From assembly GCA_023266875.1 (NCBI GenBank), contig JAHFOJ010000005.1, forward strand, positions 1 to 43,975: DNA of 43,975 nt, given 5' to 3'. This DNA is from Candidatus Giovannonibacteria bacterium. Its GTDB lineage: Bacteria; Patescibacteriota; Minisyncoccia; JACPKW01; UBA11713. The translations under genes were made by a program, and so were the position numbers. This document shows positions 27,722 through 37,347 of this stretch, in pieces (the stretch's first letter is position 1; each line of letters starts with the position of its first letter). Below the pieces are notes generated by a model that saw nothing but the letters and a program-made list of their open reading frames with translations, had not been told where the DNA came from and made no database searches.

Positions 27722-28060
27722 CTACCCATGGCGAGCGTGGAGCCGCAATTTACGGTTGAGCTCTCTAGCACGGGCGACGTGGTCTTCGTTATGCATAGGC
27801 GTAGGCGGGATATGAAAATTGATTGTTTGACCTTCTTCGCCCGATCTTGTCCCCAAAGCAAAGAAGGTCATATTTTGATTGACTCCCTTTTTGATCACTG
27901 CTGGATCAACCCAAATGTAAAAACCTTGTCCCATTGCTCTTAGCGCTTTACCACCGCCTCTGGCAGTTGCTTCCTGAAAGTGAAGATCAGGAAGCTGATC
28001 CCAAATCTCCCAATGCAACTCATCGAGACGGTTTGTCGGTTTGCAACGAACGTATTCCAT
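27722..28060 (-). CDS. Hypothetical protein
   Basis: Strong SD AGGAGGT before the ATG; 112 aa; no family recognised. Confidence 0.65.
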   Translation of the reverse strand: MEYVRCKPTNRLDELHWEIWDQLPDLHFQEATARGGGKALRAMGQGFYIWVDPAVIKKGVNQNMTFFALGTRSGEEGQTINFHIPPTPMHNEDHVARARELNRKLRLHARHG

Positions 28061-28170
28061 TTTTAATTACCTCCTAGAAATTTTTATCACTGTAACATAG
28101 ACTCTTAAAATTTGCAAGCACTATAAAAGCCCCATTCCTAAGGCTTTTTGGAATAGTTCAAAGCGAGGCT

Positions 28171-28416
28171 TTATTTTGGATGGGATTTTATTGAATGCAG
28201 AACATACACATCGCCTTCGATTGTAAAATAAAAGCGCCACCCTCCGGTGACGCGCGCTTGCCATAAATCTCTGGCCTCATCGTATTTCTTGGCATGCAGA
28301 GAAGAGTGGCGAAGATTTTGGAGAAGTAATATTATTTTTCGGTCAAATACTCTCTGGATAGTTTCCGGCGCTTTAGCATAGTCATCATCAAATTTATTTG
28401 TCGTGCGAAATTTCAC
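28171..28416 (-). CDS. RelE/ParE-superfamily toxin
   Basis: FRTTNKFDDDY..HSSLHAKKY..WQARVTGGWRFYF..HPK; overlaps the antitoxin stop. Confidence 0.85.
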   Translation of the reverse strand: MKFRTTNKFDDDYAKAPETIQRVFDRKIILLLQNLRHSSLHAKKYDEARDLWQARVTGGWRFYFTIEGDVYVLHSIKSHPK

Positions 28417-28679
28417 TTAGACTTTTTAAGTTTCTTTGCTTCGCGATGGAGATGACGAATAAGATCGCGCGCAGAGGAAAAAACAGGAGAAACCTTTCCT
28501 TCGCGGTATTGTCGAAGCGAAATTGCGATATCACGATCTACAATACTTTTAGGAGTAAGGGTTATTTTTTTGCCTTGCGTTGTAACTTCCAACAAATCCC
28601 CCACTTCCAAACCCGCCTGTGTGCGAAGCGCGACCGGAAGCGTTACCTGATATTTATCTTTGATTTTTACTATTGCCAT
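28413..28679 (-). CDS. AbrB/MazE/SpoVT-family antitoxin
   Basis: VKIKDKYQVTLPVALRTQAGLEVGDLLEV..ITLTPK. Confidence 0.9.
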   Translation of the reverse strand: MAIVKIKDKYQVTLPVALRTQAGLEVGDLLEVTTQGKKITLTPKSIVDRDIAISLRQYREGKVSPVFSSARDLIRHLHREAKKLKKSK

Positions 28680-28689
28680 AAAGTTGGAA

Positions 28690-28740
28690 AGTTAGAATTT
28701 CTAACTATTGTAGTATATAAGATGCAAGAAAATGAGTCAA
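28690..28740 (-). promoter_or_regulatory. TA promoter and operator
   Basis: TTGACT-17-TATACT followed by palindrome AGTTAGAA-A-TTCTAACT. Confidence 0.7.
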
Positions 28741-28955
28741 ATATTTGCGCATAAGACATCCTAACAGGGCTGTTTGCAATTCTTGGAAGATTTAACCACG
28801 CCCGCATAAATGTTTGAAAAACTCTTGGCGGGTGGAATAAAAAACACCTCGCGAGATCATGACGACCTCGCGAGATTTTTAGCGCTAAGACAACGCGGCC
28901 CTAGAAACAAAAAACCCTAAAATAGGGCTTTTTTTGTTTTCCTAAATCCCATCTC

Positions 28956-30116
28956 CTATTTTCCTTCTTCTGCAGGAGCTTTCTTTGCCTCATCTCCCAA
29001 AAATGACAAAGCCATTCTTCGTTCCTTTGGTTCAAAAAGCGTTATTTGAAAAGGATATTTTGATCCGATTGCGAGTTTTTCTTTCATTTTTGTTTCAGAG
29101 CCATATTCTGATATGTGCGAAAGCCCGGAAACACCGTCGGAAATGGCTATGAGCGCGCCGTATTTATTGAATCTCAAAACTTTTCCTTCAATTATGTCGC
29201 CTTTCTTAAACTTTCCCGACGCCTCAACCCATGGGTCGGGCTTAAGAGCTTTCGCCGACAAAGAAACGCGCCCGCCTTCAATTCCTATTATTTTCGCTTT
29301 AACTTTATCGCCCACTTTGAAGTGATCGTTCGGATTTTCAATGAGTGACCAATCGAGTTCAGATAAATGACAAAGGCCTTCGAGCCCGTCCTCCAGCTTT
29401 ATGAAAATTCCGAAATCAACTACGCCCGTAACCTCCCCTTCTATAATCTGGCCAACTTCATATTTTGAGGTTATTGCCCTTAACTCGTCAGATTCCGCGC
29501 CCTTCTCGGAAAAAATAACTTTCTCTTCTTTTGGGTCGATAGAAATAATCGCCACGCTAAGCGATGTGCCCACAAATTTTCTAAGCTCATCTAAAATTCT
29601 ATCTTTGTCTCCGCCTTCCACCCTCGGGTAATGCCCCACCTTCAGCTGGGAAGCCGGCAGGAAGCCCTTCATTTTTTTCCATTCAAGAACCAAACCTCCT
29701 TTATTCGCATCAACTACAGCGAGACTTATAGTCTCTTTTTTCTTTATAAGATCCCTCGCTTCCTGCCAAATTAGATCCTGACTTGCTTCGTTAAGCGAAA
29801 GCTCGACATAACCGTCCTCACCCTCAAGTTCTATGACTTTCGCGCTCGCTTTATCGCCCGGCTTCATTCCCTTAATAATCTCCCTCGCTTTCATAAATTC
29901 GCGCCCAAAAATCATTCCGCATCCGTACGAACCCAAATCGACAAAAACTCGAAGACCCTTTCTTCCTATAACAGTCCCCTCAACGATGTCGCCTACTTTA
30001 GGAAGCGTTAAAAAAACTCTTTTGTAGAGCTCGTCCATCAGATTGTCTTTTTTTGTCGCGGTGAGTGCGGTCTTCTGGATCTCATCAGCCGCTGATATTT
30101 GATTCATTTTCGGCAT
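28956..30116 (-). CDS. rpsA: 30S ribosomal protein S1 (four S1 domains)
   Basis: NKGGL..GFLPASQL, FGIFIKLEDGLEGLCHLSELDW, GLSHISE; TTGACG-17-TATACT 6 nt before the ATG. Confidence 0.92.
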   Translation of the reverse strand: MPKMNQISAADEIQKTALTATKKDNLMDELYKRVFLTLPKVGDIVEGTVIGRKGLRVFVDLGSYGCGMIFGREFMKAREIIKGMKPGDKASAKVIELEGEDGYVELSLNEASQDLIWQEARDLIKKKETISLAVVDANKGGLVLEWKKMKGFLPASQLKVGHYPRVEGGDKDRILDELRKFVGTSLSVAIISIDPKEEKVIFSEKGAESDELRAITSKYEVGQIIEGEVTGVVDFGIFIKLEDGLEGLCHLSELDWSLIENPNDHFKVGDKVKAKIIGIEGGRVSLSAKALKPDPWVEASGKFKKGDIIEGKVLRFNKYGALIAISDGVSGLSHISEYGSETKMKEKLAIGSKYPFQITLFEPKERRMALSFLGDEAKKAPAEEGK

Positions 30117-30209
30117 TGAATGAGTATAACTCGAGTCCGTTTCATCGTCAATAATGAATTTAAAAATCTATATTTAAAAATCAAGCGAAATATGATATAA
30201 TTTTCTAAT

Positions 30210-30872
30210 ATGGTCATCACTTATTATGGGCTCTCTTGTTTTAAGGCGCAGTCGGGGAATCTCGTTATCGCCTTCGATCCTCCGTCTAAGAATTCCGATC
30301 TGAAACCGCCACGCTTTGTGGCGGATATAGTTCTCTCAAGCCACAATCATCCGGCGCATAACGGGCTTGGAGAACTTTCTGCAAAAGATGATAACGGGCC
30401 TTTTTTGATCTCGGGTCCTGGCGAATACGAAATTAAGGAAGTCCAAATCCACGGGATTGGATCATTCCACGATAATGAACATGGTAAAAAACTTGGGGCA
30501 AATACGATCTATACAGTGGAAATTGAAGGCATCAGACTTTGCCACCTAGGCGATCTCGGCGAAGAAGAACTCGCGGCCCAAACAATCGAAGCGATCGGAG
30601 AAGTCGACATATTATTTCTTCCGGTCGGCGGCAAAGATGTAATCGGCGCAGAAACCGCGGTCAAAATTGCAAACCAAATTGAGCCAAAAATAGCCGTCCC
30701 AATGCATTACTCGATCCCAAAAACTCCGATCAAAGGAGAAAAAGTTGAAATATTCTTAAAGGAATTAGGAGAAGAGAAAGTGGAGCCAGAAGAAAAATTC
30801 ACATTCAAGAAAAAAGATCTCCCGGAGGAAGGACTCAAAGTAGTCTTGCTTGAGCCATCAATTAGCTTATAG
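30210..30872 (+). CDS. Metallo-beta-lactamase-fold hydrolase
   Basis: ITYYGLSCF, SHNHPAH, GPGEYE, CHLGDLG, PMHY. Confidence 0.88.
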   Translation: MVITYYGLSCFKAQSGNLVIAFDPPSKNSDLKPPRFVADIVLSSHNHPAHNGLGELSAKDDNGPFLISGPGEYEIKEVQIHGIGSFHDNEHGKKLGANTIYTVEIEGIRLCHLGDLGEEELAAQTIEAIGEVDILFLPVGGKDVIGAETAVKIANQIEPKIAVPMHYSIPKTPIKGEKVEIFLKELGEEKVEPEEKFTFKKKDLPEEGLKVVLLEPSISL

Positions 30873-30881
30873 AATGGCTTG

Positions 30882-30985
30882 CCCTGTTAGAAAATTCTTT
30901 ATGAACCACAAGACAAAAAAAAGTTTATTTATGGAAATTAATAAAGCTTAATCGTCGCATAAGCCAGTTAAATTTTCTAACGGGG
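30882..30985. mobile_element. Miniature inverted-repeat element (~104 bp)
   Basis: CCCTGTTAGAAAATT..AATTTTCTAACGGGG termini (14/15) around an AT-rich core. Confidence 0.55.
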
Positions 30986-31266
30986 TGAATTTTTTTGAAA
31001 CACTTGAGCGTGCAAGATCTAAGCCAGAAGAAACGCGCCGCAAAATCACTATTATAATTGTGGCGTCAATAATGTTTTTCATTGTCGCGATTTGGACTTT
31101 TACTATTAATTTTTCTATAAGAAATAATGCAAGCGCCGGCAATGAAGGGCCCCGACCCGGAGAAATTTTTTCGGATACAGTTAGATCTGGGGGCGAGAAA
31201 TTGAAATGGGCCGCAGAAGGCGCCATGAAAGCAATATTTAGAAATGAGGAGTATAATAATAATTAA
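30985..31266 (+). CDS. Hypothetical single-TM protein
   Basis: [15 protein letters not shown] followed by a TM helix; upstream of gyrA. Confidence 0.7.
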   Translation: MNFFETLERARSKPEETRRKITIIIVASIMFFIVAIWTFTINFSIRNNASAGNEGPRPGEIFSDTVRSGGEKLKWAAEGAMKAIFRNEEYNNN

Positions 31267-31295
31267 TTCGCGAATCAGACTTCCATAAAAATCGC

Positions 31296-33755
31296 ATGGC
31301 CGATAAAGATAAAAAAGAAATCATTATAAGGGAGCCGGAAAAGACCGACATCGTTTTAGAAATGAGAAAGTCTTATTTGGATTACGCGATGAGCGTGATT
31401 GTTTCGCGCGCGCTGCCGGATGTCCGGGACGGGCTCAAGCCCGTGCACAGGAGAATTTTGTGGGCCATGTGGGAAAACAGCAATACCGCCTCATCAAAAA
31501 CTCGGAAATCTGCAAATACGGTTGGATATGTTATGGGGAAATACCACCCGCACGGCGATTCCGCTATTTACGATTCGCTCGTGCGCATGGCCCAGGATTT
31601 TTCTCTCCGCTATCCGTTAATACAAGGACAGGGAAATTTCGGATCAATTGACGGTGACAACGCCGCCGCCATGCGCTACACAGAAGCGCGACTTTCCCGC
31701 ATATCGGATGAAATGCTTAGAGATATCGAAAAAGAAACTGTTGACTGGCGTCCAAACTATGACGATACGACCAAAGAACCGGTTGTTCTTCCGGCGGCCA
31801 TCCCCAATTTGCTTCTAAACGGGCAGACAGGAATCGCCGTGGGCATGGCAACTAACATACCGCCTCACAATTTAAAAGAAGTCATAGACGCAGCCTCTCA
31901 TCTCCTTGATCATTCGAAAGCCACCACGGAAGACCTGATGAATTTCGTAAAAGGGCCGGATTTTCCTACCGGAGGAATCGCATTTTCTAAAAAAGATCTC
32001 GCGGCCGCCTATGGAACCGGCAGAGGCGCCGTTGTCACGCGAGGCGAGACTGAAATATTTGAAAAATCAAAAGGACACTTTCAAATTTTAATCTCATCTA
32101 TCCCATATCAAGTGAATAAAGCTGAACTAATAATAAAAATGGCGGATTTAGTCCATGAAAAAAGGATTGAAGGCATCCGCGATATACGTGATGAATCTGA
32201 CAAATCCGGACTGTCGATCGCGATTGACCTGAAAAACGACGCGGTGCCTGAAAAAATCCTAAACAGTCTTTATAGATACACAGAACTCGAAAAATCATTT
32301 CATTTCAACATGATCGCGCTAGTCGACGGCATTATGCCGCAAGTTCTTTCGCTTAAAGCTATTTTGGAGAATTTCATTTCTCATAGAAAAGTTGTTGTCG
32401 AGCGAAGAGCCAAATTCGATCTTAAAAAAGCCGAAGAACGGGCGCATGTCCTCGAAGGGCTCGCGCGCGCCCTTGACCACATTGACGCAGTAATCAAGAC
32501 CATTAAGGCATCGCGCGACCGCGACGTGGCGCGGGAGAATTTGATGAAAAAATTTGATCTTACCGAAATTCAGGCATCCGCAATTCTGGAAATGCGCCTT
32601 CAGACTCTCGCGGGGCTCGAACGCCAGAAAATTTCCGACGAACTAAAAGAAAAACAAAAACTTATCCGTGACCTAAAAGCGCTTCTTAAAGACCCGACAA
32701 AAATAGCTGCTCTTATAAAAGAAGAACTCGCCAAAATCAAAGAAAAATACGGGGATGAGCGAAAAACAAAAATTGTCGCGGGCGAAATTAAAACTTTTTC
32801 GATGGAAGATTTGATTCCGGAACGAGAAACGGTTGTTGTATTAACTCAAGGCGGATACATCAAAAGAGTAAACCCTGAAGAATATAGAACCCAAAGGCGC
32901 GGCGGGAAAGGGATAATCGGTCTTGAAACCAAAGAAGAGGATGTTGTTGAAAACTTTCTCGCCGCCCAAACTCACGATGATTTATTGTTTTTCACGTCGA
33001 GAGGAAAAGTTTTTCAGACAAAAATGTATGAAATCCCCGAAGGCAAGCGAGTTTCTAAAGGAAAGGCTGTGGTAAATTTTCTCCCGATAAGCGCTGAGGA
33101 ACGAATTACTTCGATGCTCGCCGTTCCCAAAGCCAAAAAGGGCGAGAGCGTATCTTTTGTCATGGTTACCGAAGCGGGCATAATCAAAAAAGTTGGCGCG
33201 GAGCATTTCAAAGACGTTCGCAGATCCGGAATCATCGCGATCAAACTTCAAAAAAATGATCTGTTGCGATGGGTTTTGATAGCGGAAAAAGGAGATCATA
33301 TAATTCTTGCTACGCGCAAGGGTCAAGCTATCCGCTTTAAAGAAACAGACGCGAGACAAATGGGAAGAGCGGCGCAGGGCGTTCGCGCGATGCGGCTTAA
33401 GAAAGGAGATATTCTCGTCGGCGCAGACGCGATAAAAGGAAATGAAAAAGAGGCAGAACTATTGGTTGTCTCGGAGTTGGGATACGGCAAAAAAACTAAC
33501 ATCAAAGAATATAGGATCCAAAAGAGAGGCGGCTCGGGCATAAAAACCGCCAAGATTACTTCAAAAACAGGCAATTTAGTCACGGCGAAAATAGTAAATG
33601 CCGGAGAATACGAGGGCCTGATCGCAATATCTAAAAAAGGGCAGGCAATCCGCACCCGGCTCGAAGAAATCCACGCTCATGGGCGCGCGACCCAAGGAGT
33701 ACGCATTATGAAGCTTGGTTCAAAAGACTCTCTCGCCTCCATAACATGCTTATAA
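31296..33755 (+). CDS. gyrA: DNA gyrase subunit A
   Basis: [22 protein letters not shown], GyrA-box QRRGGKG. Confidence 0.98.
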   Translation: MADKDKKEIIIREPEKTDIVLEMRKSYLDYAMSVIVSRALPDVRDGLKPVHRRILWAMWENSNTASSKTRKSANTVGYVMGKYHPHGDSAIYDSLVRMAQDFSLRYPLIQGQGNFGSIDGDNAAAMRYTEARLSRISDEMLRDIEKETVDWRPNYDDTTKEPVVLPAAIPNLLLNGQTGIAVGMATNIPPHNLKEVIDAASHLLDHSKATTEDLMNFVKGPDFPTGGIAFSKKDLAAAYGTGRGAVVTRGETEIFEKSKGHFQILISSIPYQVNKAELIIKMADLVHEKRIEGIRDIRDESDKSGLSIAIDLKNDAVPEKILNSLYRYTELEKSFHFNMIALVDGIMPQVLSLKAILENFISHRKVVVERRAKFDLKKAEERAHVLEGLARALDHIDAVIKTIKASRDRDVARENLMKKFDLTEIQASAILEMRLQTLAGLERQKISDELKEKQKLIRDLKALLKDPTKIAALIKEELAKIKEKYGDERKTKIVAGEIKTFSMEDLIPERETVVVLTQGGYIKRVNPEEYRTQRRGGKGIIGLETKEEDVVENFLAAQTHDDLLFFTSRGKVFQTKMYEIPEGKRVSKGKAVVNFLPISAEERITSMLAVPKAKKGESVSFVMVTEAGIIKKVGAEHFKDVRRSGIIAIKLQKNDLLRWVLIAEKGDHIILATRKGQAIRFKETDARQMGRAAQGVRAMRLKKGDILVGADAIKGNEKEAELLVVSELGYGKKTNIKEYRIQKRGGSGIKTAKITSKTGNLVTAKIVNAGEYEGLIAISKKGQAIRTRLEEIHAHGRATQGVRIMKLGSKDSLASITCL

Positions 33756-34292
33756 ATGAATTTTGCCGAACCTGAAAAAATAATTGAAGTTCTCGACATC
33801 ATCCCGGGCTTAAGCGCGGTTGATTTCGGGTGCGGCGCGGGATTTTACACAATTGCTCTCGCGCGCGCTTGCGGCTCACAAGGAAAAGTCTACGCTCTCG
33901 ACATTAGAAAAGAAATGCTTGAAATGGTCCGTTCCAAGGCGCGCACTTTCAGGCTCACGAATATCGAAACATTTTGGACAGATCTTGAAAAACCGCACGC
34001 ATCGAATCTCAAAGACCAGTCAATGGATATCGCCATCATCTCAAACGTTCTTTTCCAGATAGAAAATAAGGAAAATTTGGCAAGCGAGGCCGCGAGGATA
34101 CTCAAACCCGCAGGCAAGCTCTTATTGGTGGAATGGGCGGAAGAAGAGCGCCCCATTGGCCCGCCTATAAAATTCCGTATCAACCGAAACGAAGCGGAAA
34201 GCCTATTTCTGAAAGCAAATCTAATCCTTGACCGGGAAATCAGCGCGGGCGAACATCATTACGGCCTCTTATTCAAAAAATCTGTTCATTAG
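33756..34292 (+). CDS. Class I SAM-dependent methyltransferase
   Basis: VDFGCGAG, VYALDI, RILKPAGKL. Confidence 0.88.
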   Translation: MNFAEPEKIIEVLDIIPGLSAVDFGCGAGFYTIALARACGSQGKVYALDIRKEMLEMVRSKARTFRLTNIETFWTDLEKPHASNLKDQSMDIAIISNVLFQIENKENLASEAARILKPAGKLLLVEWAEEERPIGPPIKFRINRNEAESLFLKANLILDREISAGEHHYGLLFKKSVH

Positions 34293-34324
34293 AATTTTTT
34301 GCCGCTCCGCGTTAAACTGTAAAT

Positions 34325-35620
34325 ATGCAGGCAAGCAAAGTGCAGATAGGAATAATCATTTTGGCTTTGGTTTTGACTTTTGTCGCTATTTTGGTGTTCT
34401 CGGGCGTGCTCCCTGGCATCCGCCCGTCTGGATCGACTGAAAAAGCCACTCTCAAAATCTGGGGGCCTATCCCAAAAGAGGAAATTTCAGAAATTATTTC
34501 AGACGCGCAAAAAAGCTTATACAACATAACACTTGAATATTCGCAAAGAAATTCGGCGTCAATTGAAAGTGATTACGTAAGCGCGATTGCATCCGGACAA
34601 GGGCCGGACATTGTCATCTTGCCTTCTGATTCCATAATAAGGCAGTCTGGGACGCTTTTCCCCTTATCAGAAATGATAACAAAGCGCGATTTCCAAGATA
34701 CCTTCGCCGATGCGGCAGGCATTCTCGATGTCACGGGAATAATTTACGGTCTGCCCCTCACGATTGATCCATTGATACTTTATTGGAATAAAGACATGTT
34801 CCAAAGCGCGTCAATTTCCAGATCGCCCGGAGCTTGGGACGAATTCGTCGCAGACGCGAAAGCGCTTACTAAAATAGACTCGTCCGGAAACATAATCCAG
34901 TCAGGAGCCGCCTTGGGGCTTTTTTCAAACATTTCTCATCCGAAAGAAATTCTCTCGGCGCTTGCTATGCAGGCGGGCGACCCGATTGTCGAGCGCGCCA
35001 CGCTCAATGCAACCTTGGGAGACACGCCCAGCAATCAGGCCTCAGCCATGGAGAACGCACTTCGTTTCTACACTGAATTTGCGGGCCAAAATAAAGCTTC
35101 TTTTTCATGGTCACCTTCGCTTCCAAAAGACATCGGGCTTTTTGAGCGCGGAGACCTTGCCATGTATTTCGGGTTTGCATCAGAAGCGATGCAGATACGG
35201 GATGCGAATCCACACTTGAATTTCGATGTCGCAAGCATTCCTCAAATTCGCGGATTATCTCTAAAAATTACTTTCGGAAGATTTCTCTACCTCGCTATTT
35301 CCAAATCCGGCGCGCACATCGCCGCTTCTTGGTCCTCATCCCAGAAACTGACCGACAAATACGCGCTGCAAAAGCTGGCAGACCATACCTCCCTGCCTCC
35401 GTCGAGGCGCGATCTTCTGCAAACCATCCAAAAAGATCCGATAAAAGCGATTTTCTGGCAGGAGGCCGTCCGTAGCCGGAACTGGCTTGACGCCAATCCA
35501 CAAACCACTTCGGATATTTTCCGCGATATGGTAAACTCTGTTTATAGCGGATCTAAAACAATAAATGAAGCAGTTCGCGACGCTTCCGTCAAATTCAAAT
35601 CGCTCTATCAATCGCGATAG
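34325..35620 (+). CDS. Membrane-anchored extracellular solute-binding protein (family 1-like)
   Basis: N-terminal TM, LKIWG, GQGPDI, YGLPLTID..LYWNKDMF, FERGDLAM. Confidence 0.85.
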   Translation: MQASKVQIGIIILALVLTFVAILVFSGVLPGIRPSGSTEKATLKIWGPIPKEEISEIISDAQKSLYNITLEYSQRNSASIESDYVSAIASGQGPDIVILPSDSIIRQSGTLFPLSEMITKRDFQDTFADAAGILDVTGIIYGLPLTIDPLILYWNKDMFQSASISRSPGAWDEFVADAKALTKIDSSGNIIQSGAALGLFSNISHPKEILSALAMQAGDPIVERATLNATLGDTPSNQASAMENALRFYTEFAGQNKASFSWSPSLPKDIGLFERGDLAMYFGFASEAMQIRDANPHLNFDVASIPQIRGLSLKITFGRFLYLAISKSGAHIAASWSSSQKLTDKYALQKLADHTSLPPSRRDLLQTIQKDPIKAIFWQEAVRSRNWLDANPQTTSDIFRDMVNSVYSGSKTINEAVRDASVKFKSLYQSR

Positions 35621-36530
35621 CAAAATCAATTTAATATACGGGCCTGCCGTTCTTTTCGGAATGGCCTTTTTATTTTTAATCTTAGTTCCCCTTCTCGCGC
35701 GAGCCCAAGCCCCGCTCGTTCCTTGTAACGGCGTGGATTGCAATGTCTGTCATCTGTATGAAGGCACGAGGCGAATGATGAATTTCTTGCTTTACGATAT
35801 TACCCTTCCCATGTTTGTGGTCGCGATTTTATGGGGCGGCTTTTTATGGTTAACATCCGGCGGGTCGGAGCAGAGAGTATCACAAGGCAAACAAATTCTA
35901 GGTTACGCCCTTACCGGCTTTCTTATCGCCTTCGGCGCGTGGGTCATTGTAAACACTCTCCTAGATACTCTCGGATTTAAAATCCCGGGCAGAGGCAATT
36001 GGAATGATACAAGCATTTGCTCTGAATTGGATTCAGTAAACGCGAGGGTAAGTGCGCCGTCGGCAACTGGACCAACATCCGCAGGAACAGCTCCAAGCAC
36101 CGGCGGAGCAAGCTTAAGCGAAGTTGCCGCTCGGAACTTTCTCGCCCAGAACGGAATCACCGGACTTAAAAACCCATGCCCTGCGGGAGTGGCATATCAA
36201 AATGTTACGGGTGGATGCACGTCGCTTGACGGGATGAAACAAAGCACGCTTGACGCGGTGGTTGCTTTTAAAGATGCTTGCGTTCAATACAACGCGGGAT
36301 GCGCCGTTAAAATAACTGGAGGCTCGGAATTGGGGCATGCTACCGGGGTAGCAAGCCACGCTACTGGCGATAAAGTTGATATTGCCGCAACTCCAATAGT
36401 AACTTCCTTCATTCGAAGCACATACACGCCGGCAGGCACCAGACCCGACGGAGCAGCTCTTTATAAGAGCTCAAACGGCATTATATTCGCGGATGAAGGG
36501 AACCATATAGACACCACTGTCCCAATCTAG
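35565..36530 (+). CDS. VirB2/TrbC-like pilin fused to a C-terminal peptidase M15-like domain (start uncertain)
   Basis: LVPC..C..C, two TM segments around TSGGSEQRVSQGKQIL, S/T/G linker, then SH-x6-D (SHATGDKVD) and EGNHID. Confidence 0.7.
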   Translation: MKQFATLPSNSNRSINRDSKINLIYGPAVLFGMAFLFLILVPLLARAQAPLVPCNGVDCNVCHLYEGTRRMMNFLLYDITLPMFVVAILWGGFLWLTSGGSEQRVSQGKQILGYALTGFLIAFGAWVIVNTLLDTLGFKIPGRGNWNDTSICSELDSVNARVSAPSATGPTSAGTAPSTGGASLSEVAARNFLAQNGITGLKNPCPAGVAYQNVTGGCTSLDGMKQSTLDAVVAFKDACVQYNAGCAVKITGGSELGHATGVASHATGDKVDIAATPIVTSFIRSTYTPAGTRPDGAALYKSSNGIIFADEGNHIDTTVPI

Positions 36531-36602
36531 TTTTTTCCTTTTACTTTATTATGTCGCGTATCATAATGAATCTAGCTAAGCAATTGCGGTCTCAACCATC
36601 TC

Positions 36603-37340
36603 ATGTCCAAAAATAGAAAGAAAATAGCAATCACATATATAGTAATAGGCCTTATAGTTTTAAGAGTTGCCTTTCGTGAATTTCCCGCGCGAGCGATCTT
36701 TGAATCGCGCCCGATTATTGCCCAAAATAACACCGAAGGAAGCATTGAGTTAGACGCTTCGGGGTTTCATAAACCAAATGATAATAGATCTACCCGCACA
36801 GCAGGAACCAGAGGCACATCTAGCTCAAGCGGAACAGCTGGGACTGGGAATATCCCTTCCGGACTCGGGACTACTACCGGGACTACTACACAGACTGGCG
36901 GCAATAGTTCAACCACAAACACGCAAATTGTTCCTCTTTCAGAAAGGTTAAGTCACCGAGACGCTTGCGGACTCTTGGCTAGAGTCGGCATTGATTTATT
37001 TTCGAGTACTCGTAATTTAAATTGTTCCGACACAAGCAGCAGAATAAGCCTCGAAGGAGCCCCAGCGACCGCTATACAGAAACTTATACAACTTGCTAAG
37101 GACTGCAAGTGTTCATTTGACCTCATGGGAGGTACTGAAACATCTATTCATGGCCCAAACACTGAACACGGCCCGGGAAAAAGCGCATTTGATCTAAAAA
37201 TAAAAGGGAATACAACCTATGCCAAATTAGAAACCGCGGTGAGAAAAGCCGGCTGGAGTTTAGAATGTGATACATTCGGGAAAGAATCACCCGTCCCTTG
37301 CTCAAGCACGGATATCAGATACATGCATATAAGGATTTAA
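36603..37340 (+). CDS. Membrane-anchored protein with T/G/S linker and a related M15-like C-terminal domain
   Basis: SLEG..C.C..MGGTE..H..EHGPGKSAFD..YMHI parallels the upstream gene's SLDG..ITGGSE..H..SH..D..NHI. Confidence 0.6.
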   Translation: MSKNRKKIAITYIVIGLIVLRVAFREFPARAIFESRPIIAQNNTEGSIELDASGFHKPNDNRSTRTAGTRGTSSSSGTAGTGNIPSGLGTTTGTTTQTGGNSSTTNTQIVPLSERLSHRDACGLLARVGIDLFSSTRNLNCSDTSSRISLEGAPATAIQKLIQLAKDCKCSFDLMGGTETSIHGPNTEHGPGKSAFDLKIKGNTTYAKLETAVRKAGWSLECDTFGKESPVPCSSTDIRYMHIRI

Positions 37341-37347
37341 TTTCACT

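Larger units (their letters stand above)
27606..28874 (+). repeat. ~88-bp diverged direct repeat of the mfd 3' end plus hairpin (27606-27692 / 28786-28874)
   Basis: GAAGATTTAACC(G/A)CGCCCGCATAAAT..AATAAAAAACACCTCGCGAGATCAT..GACCTCGCGAG at both sites. Confidence 0.9.

Noticed and set aside
27635-27943. Plus-strand 102-aa ORF and other antisense ORFs in the track
   Set aside because: Shadows of better-supported genes on the opposite strand; this one begins inside the duplicated hairpin region.
31296-33755. gyrA without adjacent gyrB, or possible parC
   Set aside because: An intact GyrA-box identifies gyrase, and split gyrA/gyrB loci are common.
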